Below, piece after piece: positions 1-8,269 of a DNA stretch of 64,000 bases; within the stretch, counting starts at the first letter, position 1; every line of letters begins with the position of its first letter. The stretch spans positions 87,038 through 151,037 of the forward strand of contig JAKUQA010000001.1 of NCBI GenBank assembly GCA_022450525.1, read 5' to 3'. The notes beneath the pieces are model-generated. The model made no database searches. It was given only the letters and a program-made list of their open reading frames with translations, and had not been told where the DNA came from. The stretch is from Dehalococcoidia bacterium. Its GTDB lineage: Bacteria > Chloroflexota > Dehalococcoidia > Lucifugimonadales > UBA6952. Made by a program: the position numbers and the translations under genes.

Positions 1-134
1 CTTCGTTGAGGACATCCAGGACCTCTTGTTATCTTGTTTTTTAAGGTATTTTGAACCACTCTCAATGCAGGAGCTTTTGTCCTTTTTTGAGAACTAGTAC
101 GACCTTTTCTTACTAACTGATTAACTGTAGGCAT
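1..134 (-). CDS. rpsL: 30S ribosomal protein S12 (uS12), N-terminal part; the gene runs off the window edge
   Basis: Reverse-strand translation from the ATG at 134-132 gives [45 protein letters not shown]. This has the conserved MPT(I/V)NQL(I/V)RKGR...PAL...PQ(K/R)RG pattern. About 14 aa are inserted between PAL and PQRRG, as in Bacillus subtilis S12. Not in the ORF track because it is shorter than 60 aa. Confidence 0.85.
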   Translation of the reverse strand, partial: MPTVNQLVRKGRTSSQKRTKAPALRVVQNTLKNKITRGPGCPQR

Positions 135-190
135 GATCTAATTCTTTCCAAATAAAAATATTGCCTCTGAATAGAAGGCAACAGAAACGG

Positions 191-219
191 ATAATAACAA
201 TATACCCCTTTATTGTCAA
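191..219 (-). promoter_or_regulatory. Sigma70-like promoter upstream of rpsL (TTGACA-17 nt-TATTAT)
   Basis: The reverse strand reads cTTGACAataaaggggtatattgtTATTATccg. A short hairpin (161-181, 6-bp stem) followed by a U-rich run lies between the promoter and the start codon. Confidence 0.5.
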
Positions 220-253
220 GTTTAATTTCTATTTGGAAGAAGAAAAAAAAATA

Positions 254-1147
254 TTACACATCTTGCCATAATTCTACTAGGATGCCCATATTGCTTTTTG
301 GATGATAAAAAGTCACTCTGCTACCACCTTCATCTGCACCTGTAACTTCTCCTATTTGAACTAATCCTGCGGTATTCAATCTCGCAACATCACTTTCTAT
401 GTCTTCAGAATAAAAACAAACATGGTGAATACCAGACCCGCGATTAGCTAAAAATTTAGCAGTTCCACTTGTTTCATCTTGGGGTACGCTAACTTCAATC
501 CGTGATTCTCCTACAAGAAATTCGAGAATTTTTACATTATCACTTTCGGCAAATCTACCATCAGGCAAAGGTGTCTTTACATCATCAATTTTGAGACCAT
601 AAGTGTCCCGAAATAATGCTAAGGCTTCTTCAAAATTATTACATACCACACCGACATGATGAACATAGGTAAGACTACCACCTTTTCCTCTCGGGGGTTC
701 TGGGACAATGCCATTAACTGGCATGTTTTGCCATATTTCTAATAAGAAACCTAAATTAGACTTTGGATGTGCAAAAGCTACTCTTGAGCCACCTTCTTGA
801 TCCGCACTACCTGTTGGAGGTACAACGATTTGTTGTCCTGCATCGATTAGCCTTTTTACATCAGCATCCATATCGTCTGAATATAAACATATATGGTGTG
901 GTCCCGCTCCTCTTCTTTCCAAAAACTTTCCTGTACCACTATTAGGATCATTTGCCATATTAATTTCTAGTTCGCTCTCTCCCACAGGTATGTCGAGTAT
1001 ATTTACATTATCTAATTGAACATTTCTACCATCAGGTAAGGGAGATCTTTCTTCGTCAACTGAAAAACCATATGTATCTAACCAGAGACTTTTAGCAGCT
1101 TCTAAATCACCTACTACTAATCCTAAATGATGTAATCTTGTAAACAT
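254..1147 (-). CDS. Tandem two-domain VOC/glyoxalase-family protein (methylmalonyl-CoA epimerase-like repeats)
   Basis: 297 aa. Two similar halves each start with (L/V)HH(L/V)G(L/V)VV..(L/F)E.A and end with AF.HPKSN.G.L.E.WQ. Confidence 0.7.
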   Translation of the reverse strand: MFTRLHHLGLVVGDLEAAKSLWLDTYGFSVDEERSPLPDGRNVQLDNVNILDIPVGESELEINMANDPNSGTGKFLERRGAGPHHICLYSDDMDADVKRLIDAGQQIVVPPTGSADQEGGSRVAFAHPKSNLGFLLEIWQNMPVNGIVPEPPRGKGGSLTYVHHVGVVCNNFEEALALFRDTYGLKIDDVKTPLPDGRFAESDNVKILEFLVGESRIEVSVPQDETSGTAKFLANRGSGIHHVCFYSEDIESDVARLNTAGLVQIGEVTGADEGGSRVTFYHPKSNMGILVELWQDV

Positions 1148-1149
1148 AA

Positions 1150-1659
1150 TTATTTCACCTCTTTTAAGTTTTTCAAATATCTATCTCTATTTCTTTGGTA
1201 ATTGGCAGCAGTTCTTGCCGTCATCTCTAAATTTTCTTGAGATGGTTCTCTAGCAACTTTTCCCGGGATCCCTAATACAAGGGAATTTTTAGGAATGTTG
1301 GATCCTGGTATAACCACTGAACCTGCTCCTATCACACAATTTTCTCCTATCTCTGCCGGTCCAAAAACCAAAGCGCCATTTCCTATAATTACATTATTGC
1401 CTACAGTACATCTATGAACCAAGCATTGATGAGCCACAACACAGTTTTCACCTATGGTGGTTTCTTCATGTATAACAGTACCATCCTGTATATTGGTACC
1501 CTTACCTATTGTAATTTTTCCAGCGTCTCCTCTCAAAACACAATTAAACCAAACACTAGCACCCTCTAAAATTTCCACATCCCCTATGATTTGTGCGCTT
1601 GGGGCTACAAAAGCAGTTTCGTGAATTTTAGGAGAAAGGTCTTCAAGACTATATAGCAT
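1150..1659 (-). CDS. Gamma-carbonic-anhydrase-like / hexapeptide-repeat (left-handed beta-helix) protein
   Basis: 169 aa. Shows VWFNCVLRGD..KITIGKGTNIQDGTVIH and repeated hexapeptide G-x-I/V units, typical of the YrdA/PaaY family. Confidence 0.75.
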   Translation of the reverse strand: MLYSLEDLSPKIHETAFVAPSAQIIGDVEILEGASVWFNCVLRGDAGKITIGKGTNIQDGTVIHEETTIGENCVVAHQCLVHRCTVGNNVIIGNGALVFGPAEIGENCVIGAGSVVIPGSNIPKNSLVLGIPGKVAREPSQENLEMTARTAANYQRNRDRYLKNLKEVK

Positions 1660-1688
1660 ATTATCCCTACTTTCTATAAATTAACACT

Positions 1689-1763
1689 TGGAGCGGGAGA
1701 CGGGATTCGAACCCGCGACCCTTTGCTTGGGAAGCAAATGCTCTTCCTCTGAGCTACTCCCGC
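1689..1763 (-). tRNA. tRNA-Gly (anticodon CCC), CCA encoded
   Basis: The reverse complement GCGGGAGTAGCTCAGAGGAAGAGCATTTGCTTCCCAAGCAAAGGGTCGCGGGTTCGAATCCCGTCTCCCGCTCCA folds as a cloverleaf. The anticodon loop is TTCCCAA. Confidence 0.9.
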
Positions 1764-1829
1764 TTACTTTCTATCACAATCGTGACAGTGTAACACAAAC
1801 TTTTTATAATTTCAGGTGAGAATAATGCG

Positions 1830-2762
1830 CTATTGAAGTGCTTCCTTTTTAGCATCGTTTATATGCTCGGCTATTCGAGTTTGTAAAGAAACAAGCTCAT
1901 AACCTAAATCTTGATACATTCGACTTGAATCAACATTATAAACGTGAGGAACTGGTTTATTCCCAGTTTTAATACTTGCATCGGGTATAATTTCCATCAC
2001 AATATCTATCATGTCTTGAATTGTTGCTAAGTGGCCTCCGCTTATATATATCGGATAATTTAATTTACTTGCTAGAGATGTTCTTACAAATATCTCTGCA
2101 GCGTCTTCCACATGAATCATAGGAGATGGCTCTTCGGGCCTGAATTCCATTTCAACTGGTTTTCCAACAGCTGGCAAAGACATTAATAAACCGCCTATCA
2201 TTCCTGTCATACCAGTAACTCTACCGTGGCCAAAAACTGTACAAATCCTTATTGCCCTAATATCCAAACCATATTGATCTCTATATTTAGATGCTGAAAA
2301 ATCATTAACAGCTTTGGTCATTCCATACATATTAATCGGGGCTGGTTGGTCATCCTCATTAATAGGCCTATCTCCAAATGTTTCTTGCACACCATAAACT
2401 GCAATCGAGCTTGCATAAACAACACGTTGTATATTAGTCCAACGCGCAGCCTCAAAAATATTATTTGTGCCTTGAATATTAACCAACATGCTGTAGTGTG
2501 GCCTTTCTTCTGTATCTGGCGGAAGAAGTGCGGCCAGATGAATTATTTTATGTACTTTATGTTCGTTAATCGCCTCCAAAATATGTGACAATTGCGATAC
2601 GTCCCCTCGATAAAATTTCATTAATCCTCGAAATGGTTGTAGGTTAATTTGTGGAGGATTTAAATCAAAGCAAACAACTTCTTCTCCTCTTTCTAAAAGC
2701 TTGCGTATAATTCTTCTTCCTATAAAACCCGATCCCCCGGTCACCATGGTAGACATACTCAT
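1830..2762 (-). CDS. NAD-dependent epimerase/dehydratase (extended SDR)
   Basis: 310 aa. N-terminal Rossmann motif VTGGSGFIGRRI and a YxxxK-type motif (YGMTK). Confidence 0.75.
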   Translation of the reverse strand: MSMSTMVTGGSGFIGRRIIRKLLERGEEVVCFDLNPPQINLQPFRGLMKFYRGDVSQLSHILEAINEHKVHKIIHLAALLPPDTEERPHYSMLVNIQGTNNIFEAARWTNIQRVVYASSIAVYGVQETFGDRPINEDDQPAPINMYGMTKAVNDFSASKYRDQYGLDIRAIRICTVFGHGRVTGMTGMIGGLLMSLPAVGKPVEMEFRPEEPSPMIHVEDAAEIFVRTSLASKLNYPIYISGGHLATIQDMIDIVMEIIPDASIKTGNKPVPHVYNVDSSRMYQDLGYELVSLQTRIAEHINDAKKEALQ

Positions 2763-2834
2763 ACTCCTAATAAAGGGTTATTAATAATATTAAACATAAG
2801 TCTAACAACGGATAAATCCATTATCAATATTCTT

Positions 2835-3470
2835 TTAATCTCGATCATAAAGAAGGCGATTCATGAATTGTTTTTTTGTTAATATTGTAGGGATGACGTT
2901 TTCTTGGAAAATTCTTTTATAGCTAAGTATGATTACAATTGGCGAGCATACAAACAACAATAGTTCTTTAGAATTATAAAGTTGATTATTTACAGGGAAA
3001 AAATATACAAGAGCTAGTATTAATGGCATGGATAGCAATACAGCCAACGCTGAGTCTTTAAATAATAGTTTTACCATTACAATAAATAGGGATCCAATAA
3101 ACATAGGAAGCGTAATAATTGAGTATAGAATCCCTGCTGAAATAATAACACCCCTGCCTCCTTTATTTGTTTTTTGAATAGGAAAAACATGCCCCAAAAC
3201 CATACTAATTACACAATAATGAAAAATTTTATCCGTGTCTGTTGATAAATAAATAAACAACAGCCCAAAAGAAAGACCTTTTATAAAATCAATTAAAACA
3301 ACAAAAGTTGCTATTCGATAATTTGTTTGTTCAAAGATTGCCGAAGCGCCAGTATGCCGAAAAACTATGTTTTTTTTATTGTATATAATTCTCGTGAGTA
3401 CATAGCCTGTGGAAATAGTTCCTAATAGATATGAAAAAACAACACCTGCAAATAATACTGCAAGATTTAT
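2835..3470 (-). CDS. plsY: PlsY-like acyl-phosphate:glycerol-3-phosphate acyltransferase homologue, extended 70 codons upstream of the ORF-track start to a putative ATA start
   Basis: The track ORF (2835..3260) begins in the middle of the fold. The same frame stays open up to 3470 and encodes (M)NLAVLFAGVVFSYLLGTISTGYVL...LIDFIKG...GHVFPIQKTNKGGRGV. This matches the PlsY layout YL(I/L)GSIP...DxxKG...GHxFPxxxxFKGGKG. No ATG, GTG or TTG is available in that stretch. GGAG lies 8 nt before the ATA at 3470-3468. Confidence 0.55.
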   Translation of the reverse strand: MNLAVLFAGVVFSYLLGTISTGYVLTRIIYNKKNIVFRHTGASAIFEQTNYRIATFVVLIDFIKGLSFGLLFIYLSTDTDKIFHYCVISMVLGHVFPIQKTNKGGRGVIISAGILYSIITLPMFIGSLFIVMVKLLFKDSALAVLLSMPLILALVYFFPVNNQLYNSKELLLFVCSPIVIILSYKRIFQENVIPTILTKKQFMNRLLYDRD

Positions 3471-3472
3471 GT

Positions 3473-4429
3473 TTATTTCTCCGTTGAAGCTTCTGGATTT
3501 GGGGTCTCTAAATACTTGAGCAGATCGCTGTCAGATGATAAGACGACAGTGGTGTTATCACCAGGTAAAGTCTTCTTGTAGGCTTCAAGTGATCTTGTAA
3601 AAGCATAAAATTCAGGATCTTGTTCTAAGGCTGAAGCAAATATGGTAATCGCTTCAGCTTCACCAGCACCTCTTAATTCATTCGCAGTTTTTTCTGCGGT
3701 TGCTCGGATAACAGTAATTTGTCTGTCAACACCAGCCCTAAGTGTAAGGCTTTGTTCCTCACCTTCAGCTCGTAATTTTTGTGCTTGAACCTGTCTCTCA
3801 GTTCTCATCCTTGTGTATACACTCTGTTCTACTGAAAGAGGAAAGTCAGCTGCTTTTATTCTTACATCTGTTATGTCTATTCCAAAATTATTTTCATTAC
3901 TTTTTACTGCTGCGTTGGCGCCAATCAAAACCTCTCTGGTTATAAATTCTCTGGTAGCAACGTCGGTTTCAGTTTTTTTAGGCTTAACCAGAGTTGTTCC
4001 ATCTAGTTGTTTCTCAGGAACACCGCCAATAATAGTGGTTTGTTCATTTGCTGCCACAACTCTTCTTATTTCAGAGATAACGATATTGCCTATTCTGCTT
4101 TGAGCAGTAAGCTCGTCTCTTAAAGTTAATAAAAATCTTTGAGGATCCATAATTTTGTATCGTACATATGCGTCAATTTCTAAAAATTGTTGATCTTGGT
4201 CTGGCATTGATTCTGTTCTAACGTCAATTCTAAGTAATCTATTATCAAATTTTTGAACGGTCTCAATAAGAGGTATTTTTACTTTAAGGCCTGGGGTTTT
4301 TTCGATTCTCTGTATAGCACCAAACCTAACAATTGCGGCATATTCCGTTTCGTCAACAATAAATAAGGCCTGGATCCCGAAGAATCCTGCTATGACCAAA
4401 GCTCCGATTAATAGTTGTAGTTTTCTCAC
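3473..4429 (-). CDS. hflC: HflC (SPFH/band-7 protease modulator subunit)
   Basis: 318 aa with an N-terminal TM helix and an SPFH domain. Its start overlaps the hflK-like gene end by 4 nt, the classic hflK-hflC order. Confidence 0.8.
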   Translation of the reverse strand: MRKLQLLIGALVIAGFFGIQALFIVDETEYAAIVRFGAIQRIEKTPGLKVKIPLIETVQKFDNRLLRIDVRTESMPDQDQQFLEIDAYVRYKIMDPQRFLLTLRDELTAQSRIGNIVISEIRRVVAANEQTTIIGGVPEKQLDGTTLVKPKKTETDVATREFITREVLIGANAAVKSNENNFGIDITDVRIKAADFPLSVEQSVYTRMRTERQVQAQKLRAEGEEQSLTLRAGVDRQITVIRATAEKTANELRGAGEAEAITIFASALEQDPEFYAFTRSLEAYKKTLPGDNTTVVLSSDSDLLKYLETPNPEASTEK

Positions 4430-5508
4430 GGTGTTGTACTACTACTTTCGTTTAATGGTAAAAATTGCAATAAGTTGCCTTCATTTTCAGGGTCAAGAAC
4501 ATACTTTTTAACACCAGGAAGAACTTCTTCCATTGCCTCTAGATATAGTCGCTGTCTTGTTACCTCTTTTGATTTTTCATATTCACCAAGTAGGGCAGAA
4601 AATCTATTTGCCTCACCTGTTGCTTTTAATATTCTTTCTTCCTTGTATGCTTGAGCTGCATTAGTGACCTTCTCTGCGTCACCTCTTGCTTTAGGAAGCT
4701 GGTCTTGTTCGTAAGCCAATGCCGCGTTTATAACGGACTCTTTGTCGACCCTTGCTCGAACAACATCATCAAAATCTTCTCTAACTTCGTCAGGTGGCCT
4801 TACGTTTTGAAGTCGTACTTCAAGAACATCAATACCTGTTTCGTAAGAGTTAAGCATTTCTTGCAACATAAGAAGAGTGTCTGTTTGAACAGCTTCTTTG
4901 TTTGTGGTCAAAATATCATCAACACTTCTTTGCCCAACTACCTGCCGCAACGATGCTTCCGTGGCATCAAGAATTGTTAGTCCGTCTGGAACACCCTCTC
5001 TAATTTCTCTATCTGGACTTCCAGGATCGTCTACATTATACAAATAAGCACCTAGGTCACCGATTCTATACTGAACAATGAGTTGCACATCAACAAGATT
5101 AAGGTCTCCTGTAATCATTAATGCTTCTTCGCCAACATCTTGTATTGCACCACCCGGACCTGTTCTAAATCCAACTTCAAGTCGTTTGGTTTCTGTAACA
5201 ACCTCTTTTTGAACCTGTCCTATAGGTGCTGGCCAAAACCAATGGAGGCCTGGTCCCCTTAGATTATTGGTAAAAGATCCAAGTAATTTTTCGGCAGCCT
5301 GTTCGGATGGTTCAACCCTATAAAGTCCAGTTGCTGCCCATACAAGTATTAAGGCAAGAAGTATGCCGGGTATGAAAAAACGTCCAATTTGGGGACTAAA
5401 TCCACCAAAACCACCAGAAAACGAACTTTTGATTTTTTCAAAAAGTTCGTCTAAATCTATTTCTTGTTGAGGCCTTTGTTGAAAAAGGCTTAAGATCTTA
5501 CTTTTCAT
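4426..5508 (-). CDS. hflK: HflK (SPFH/band-7 protease modulator subunit)
   Basis: 360 aa with a TM helix followed by an SPFH domain and a coiled-coil tail. It is paired with hflC. Confidence 0.8.
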   Translation of the reverse strand: MKSKILSLFQQRPQQEIDLDELFEKIKSSFSGGFGGFSPQIGRFFIPGILLALILVWAATGLYRVEPSEQAAEKLLGSFTNNLRGPGLHWFWPAPIGQVQKEVVTETKRLEVGFRTGPGGAIQDVGEEALMITGDLNLVDVQLIVQYRIGDLGAYLYNVDDPGSPDREIREGVPDGLTILDATEASLRQVVGQRSVDDILTTNKEAVQTDTLLMLQEMLNSYETGIDVLEVRLQNVRPPDEVREDFDDVVRARVDKESVINAALAYEQDQLPKARGDAEKVTNAAQAYKEERILKATGEANRFSALLGEYEKSKEVTRQRLYLEAMEEVLPGVKKYVLDPENEGNLLQFLPLNESSSTTP

Positions 5509-5572
5509 ATGTTTCCTATTAATTCAACGTAATACCAGTTTATTATTTTTTAGGTTGAATTACAAGGGTTAG

Positions 5573-5649
5573 TGGTGGGCGATCCTGGACTCGAACCAGG
5601 GACCTCAGTCTTATCAGGACTGCGCTCTAACCAGCTGAGCTAATCGCCC
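5573..5649 (-). tRNA. tRNA-Ile (anticodon GAU), CCA encoded, not inside an rRNA operon
   Basis: The reverse complement is GGGCGATTAGCTCAGCTGGTTAGAGCGCAGTCCTGATAAGACTGAGGTCCCTGGTTCGAGTCCAGGATCGCCCACCA. The anticodon loop is CTGATAA. Confidence 0.92.
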
Positions 5650-5808
5650 AAAAGTTTATTTGCTCTATCTATCAGAAGTATATATATTCAAAAAATGATG
5701 TCAAGAAAGTATTATTGATTATAATTAATAATATAACTATATATATTAATATATTTATATAATATGTAATGATAATAATACTAATAATAGTAAGAGAGTT
5801 AAATAAGA

Positions 5809-7038
5809 GTGGAAACAGAAATAAATATAACTTTTCAGGGAGGAACTGGTGGAAACGGATGTATTAGTTTCCGAAGAGAAAAATACGTTCCTAAAGGTGG
5901 ACCTGACGGGGGAGATGGTGGGTTTGGTGGAAGTGTTATTCTCAAAGGAACTACCGCTGAATACGACTTACGAAAAATTAAAGGTAGAAATATTATAAAA
6001 GCAGCCAGGGGAGAAGAGGGAAAAAGTAGGAAGAAAACAGGAAAAGCAGGGGAAAATAATATTATAAATGTTCCGTTGGGAACTAGGGTTAGTGACACAG
6101 TAACTGGGAAAATTATAGGAGAAATAATGGAAGAAGGGGAACAGTTATTGGTGGCTCAGGGGGGAGTTTATGGAAAAGGAAACACTCGCTTTTCTACTTC
6201 TCGAAATAAAATACCTCTTTTAGCAGAAACAGGAGGTCCTGGGGAAGAAAAAAAAGTAGTAATGGAACTTTTCCCCTTGGTAGATATTTGTGTAATGGGT
6301 GATCTTTCGGGATATGCTAAAAGTATATTTGAAAGTATAACCAATATTAACCGTGGTCAACAGAATGAAGAGGTTAATATCGCACCACATAGCCCCTTTC
6401 AGGTAAGAGAAGTAGAACTGAATTGGACTAAGTACCAAATTGGATTAATCTCTTTTTCAAATAACAATGTTGATCAGTTGCAAGAAAGCTTAAATTTAAT
6501 TAAAAGGGCCAAGGTTATAATCCTAGTTTTAGAACTTGATGAAGTTGATATAAATATTGAAAATATTGCTCAATTTTTAGCTTCAAATACTATATATACC
6601 CGTAGTCCAGAAATTACATTTATTAAGGAAGAGCTTGATTTATCAGGGGAAGAATATATTGAGCAAAAACAAGCTGAATATGTAAGCTTAATCCAGTATG
6701 AAAAAGAATCAGAAAACATAATAAGGCATATAAAAGAGAAAGCCATAAATATTTTAAATAAAGAATTTTTATACAAAAAACAATTGGAACAAAACAATGT
6801 TATTCATGCAACTGAAGAAAAAAACATAACTAAGGTTGAAAAAAACAGCGAAGGATATGTTGTTTTTAATTCTAGAGCTGAAAGACTCGTTGTGTTACCG
6901 GACCAAAGAAGTTTTGCTGCAAGAATACAATTAAGAAAAGAGCTAAATACTATGGGGGTAATAGATGCTCTTGAAAAGGCAGGGGTAAAACAAGGAGACA
7001 ATGTAAAAATAGGCAAGAAAGAGTTCATATGGGAATAA
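5809..7038 (+). CDS. obg: Obg-family protein with an intact Obg fold and OCT domain but a degenerate GTPase domain
   Basis: The N-terminus GGTGGNGCISFRREKYVPKGGPDGGDGGFGGSV is the glycine-rich Obg fold. The C-terminus ...MGVIDALEKAGVKQGDNVKIGKKEFIWE is the OCT domain. In the central region, GDLSGYAKS replaces GxxxxGKS, and no DxxG or NKxD motif is present. The gene overlaps nadD, which is conserved synteny. Confidence 0.8.
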   Translation: METEINITFQGGTGGNGCISFRREKYVPKGGPDGGDGGFGGSVILKGTTAEYDLRKIKGRNIIKAARGEEGKSRKKTGKAGENNIINVPLGTRVSDTVTGKIIGEIMEEGEQLLVAQGGVYGKGNTRFSTSRNKIPLLAETGGPGEEKKVVMELFPLVDICVMGDLSGYAKSIFESITNINRGQQNEEVNIAPHSPFQVREVELNWTKYQIGLISFSNNNVDQLQESLNLIKRAKVIILVLELDEVDINIENIAQFLASNTIYTRSPEITFIKEELDLSGEEYIEQKQAEYVSLIQYEKESENIIRHIKEKAINILNKEFLYKKQLEQNNVIHATEEKNITKVEKNSEGYVVFNSRAERLVVLPDQRSFAARIQLRKELNTMGVIDALEKAGVKQGDNVKIGKKEFIWE

Positions 7039-7616
7039 ATAAGATAGGCATACTTGGAGGAACTTTTGACCCTATTCATACAGCACACATAAAGTTAGCA
7101 GAAATAGCGATGGTTGAGTGCAATTTGGATAAAGTTTTATTTATACCAGCAGGTAATCCTTGGATGAAAAAAGACACGTTGATTACAAGTCCAATCCATA
7201 GATTAAATATGGTTAATTTGGCTATAGGAAATAATTCTTCATTTTGTATTTCTGATATAGAAATAAAGAGACTAGGAAACACATACACAATAGACACACT
7301 AAAGGAACTAGGTGTAGATAAATCCCAAAAAGAATATCATTTAATTTTAGGCAGTGATTCTTATAAAGAAATAAGTAGATGGAAAAATCCAGAAGAAATT
7401 ATCGAAATTGTGAGGATAATATTATTTACTCGCAAGGGTGACACTCTACCAGAAACTATAAATCATACTGTTACCATAATTGATGAAGAAATAGAGGAAA
7501 TAAGCAGCACTTTAATAAGAAAAAAGGTTCAAACCAATGATTCGTTACAAGGACTTGTGCCTAAAAACGTAGAAGAGTATATTTTTAAAAATAATTTATA
7601 TAAAAAACAAGTGTAA
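7029..7616 (+). CDS. nadD: Nicotinate-nucleotide adenylyltransferase
   Basis: 195 aa with the GILGGTFDPIHTAH (T/H)xGH-type nucleotidyltransferase motif and a C-terminal ISST.IR motif. Confidence 0.88.
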   Translation: MGINKIGILGGTFDPIHTAHIKLAEIAMVECNLDKVLFIPAGNPWMKKDTLITSPIHRLNMVNLAIGNNSSFCISDIEIKRLGNTYTIDTLKELGVDKSQKEYHLILGSDSYKEISRWKNPEEIIEIVRIILFTRKGDTLPETINHTVTIIDEEIEEISSTLIRKKVQTNDSLQGLVPKNVEEYIFKNNLYKKQV

Positions 7617-8242
7617 TGAATAAAACAATTCCAGAAAAAATTTTATCAAACCAGGCTGTTGTCGTAGATCCAACAATGCCTTATATATTAGCTTCAGGTG
7701 TAAATAGTCCAATTTACTGTGATATGAGGAAGCTCTTATCGGATGTAGAAACACGTGGAGAGATTATAAATAAGATAGCTGATCTAATCGAAAGAGAAAG
7801 GTTTAATAACTACGTGGTAGTGGGAGTTGCTACTGCTGGTATTCCTTGGGCATCTTTATTAGCACAAAGGCTTAATAAACCCTTAGCATATGTTAGACCA
7901 GAGCCAAAAGATCATGGTCTAGGAAAACAAATCGAAGGCAGTATAGATAAGGGACAAAAAGTTATTGTTATAGAGGATTTAACTAGCACTGGTGGTTCTG
8001 CGATTAGATCTGTAGAGGCGATTCATTCAGAAAACATAGAAGTTCTTTCTTGTTATAGTATATGCTCTTACAAATCAAAATTAGCCAAAGAAAGATTTCA
8101 AGAACTACAAATAAAACACTCATTTTTGTTTGGGATTGACGAAATCTTACAAACCGCACTCAAAAATAACTATCTTTCCTCGACAGAAATTAAACTAGTT
8201 GAAGATTGGTTAAGAACAGGCCCTTTTAACTCAGACATTTAA
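7616..8242 (+). CDS. pyrE: Orotate phosphoribosyltransferase
   Basis: 208 aa with the PRPP-binding loop VIVIEDLTSTGGS. The start overlaps the nadD stop (TAATG). Confidence 0.8.
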   Translation: MNKTIPEKILSNQAVVVDPTMPYILASGVNSPIYCDMRKLLSDVETRGEIINKIADLIERERFNNYVVVGVATAGIPWASLLAQRLNKPLAYVRPEPKDHGLGKQIEGSIDKGQKVIVIEDLTSTGGSAIRSVEAIHSENIEVLSCYSICSYKSKLAKERFQELQIKHSFLFGIDEILQTALKNNYLSSTEIKLVEDWLRTGPFNSDI

Positions 8243-8254
8243 TATATAAATCAA
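8205..8254 (+). repeat. Left copy of a perfect 50-bp direct repeat (pyrE 3' end plus 12 nt)
   Basis: ATTGGTTAAGAACAGGCCCTTTTAACTCAGACATTTAATATATAAATCAA is identical at 10084..10133. Confidence 0.97.
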
Positions 8255-8269
8255 TAAGGAAACCAATCA

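Noticed and set aside
161-181. A short hairpin plus U-run between the rpsL promoter and the rpsL start, considered as a terminator or attenuator.
   Set aside because: The stem is only 6 bp, and the hairpin sits downstream of the best promoter candidate. That is not enough evidence to call a terminator or a regulatory leader.
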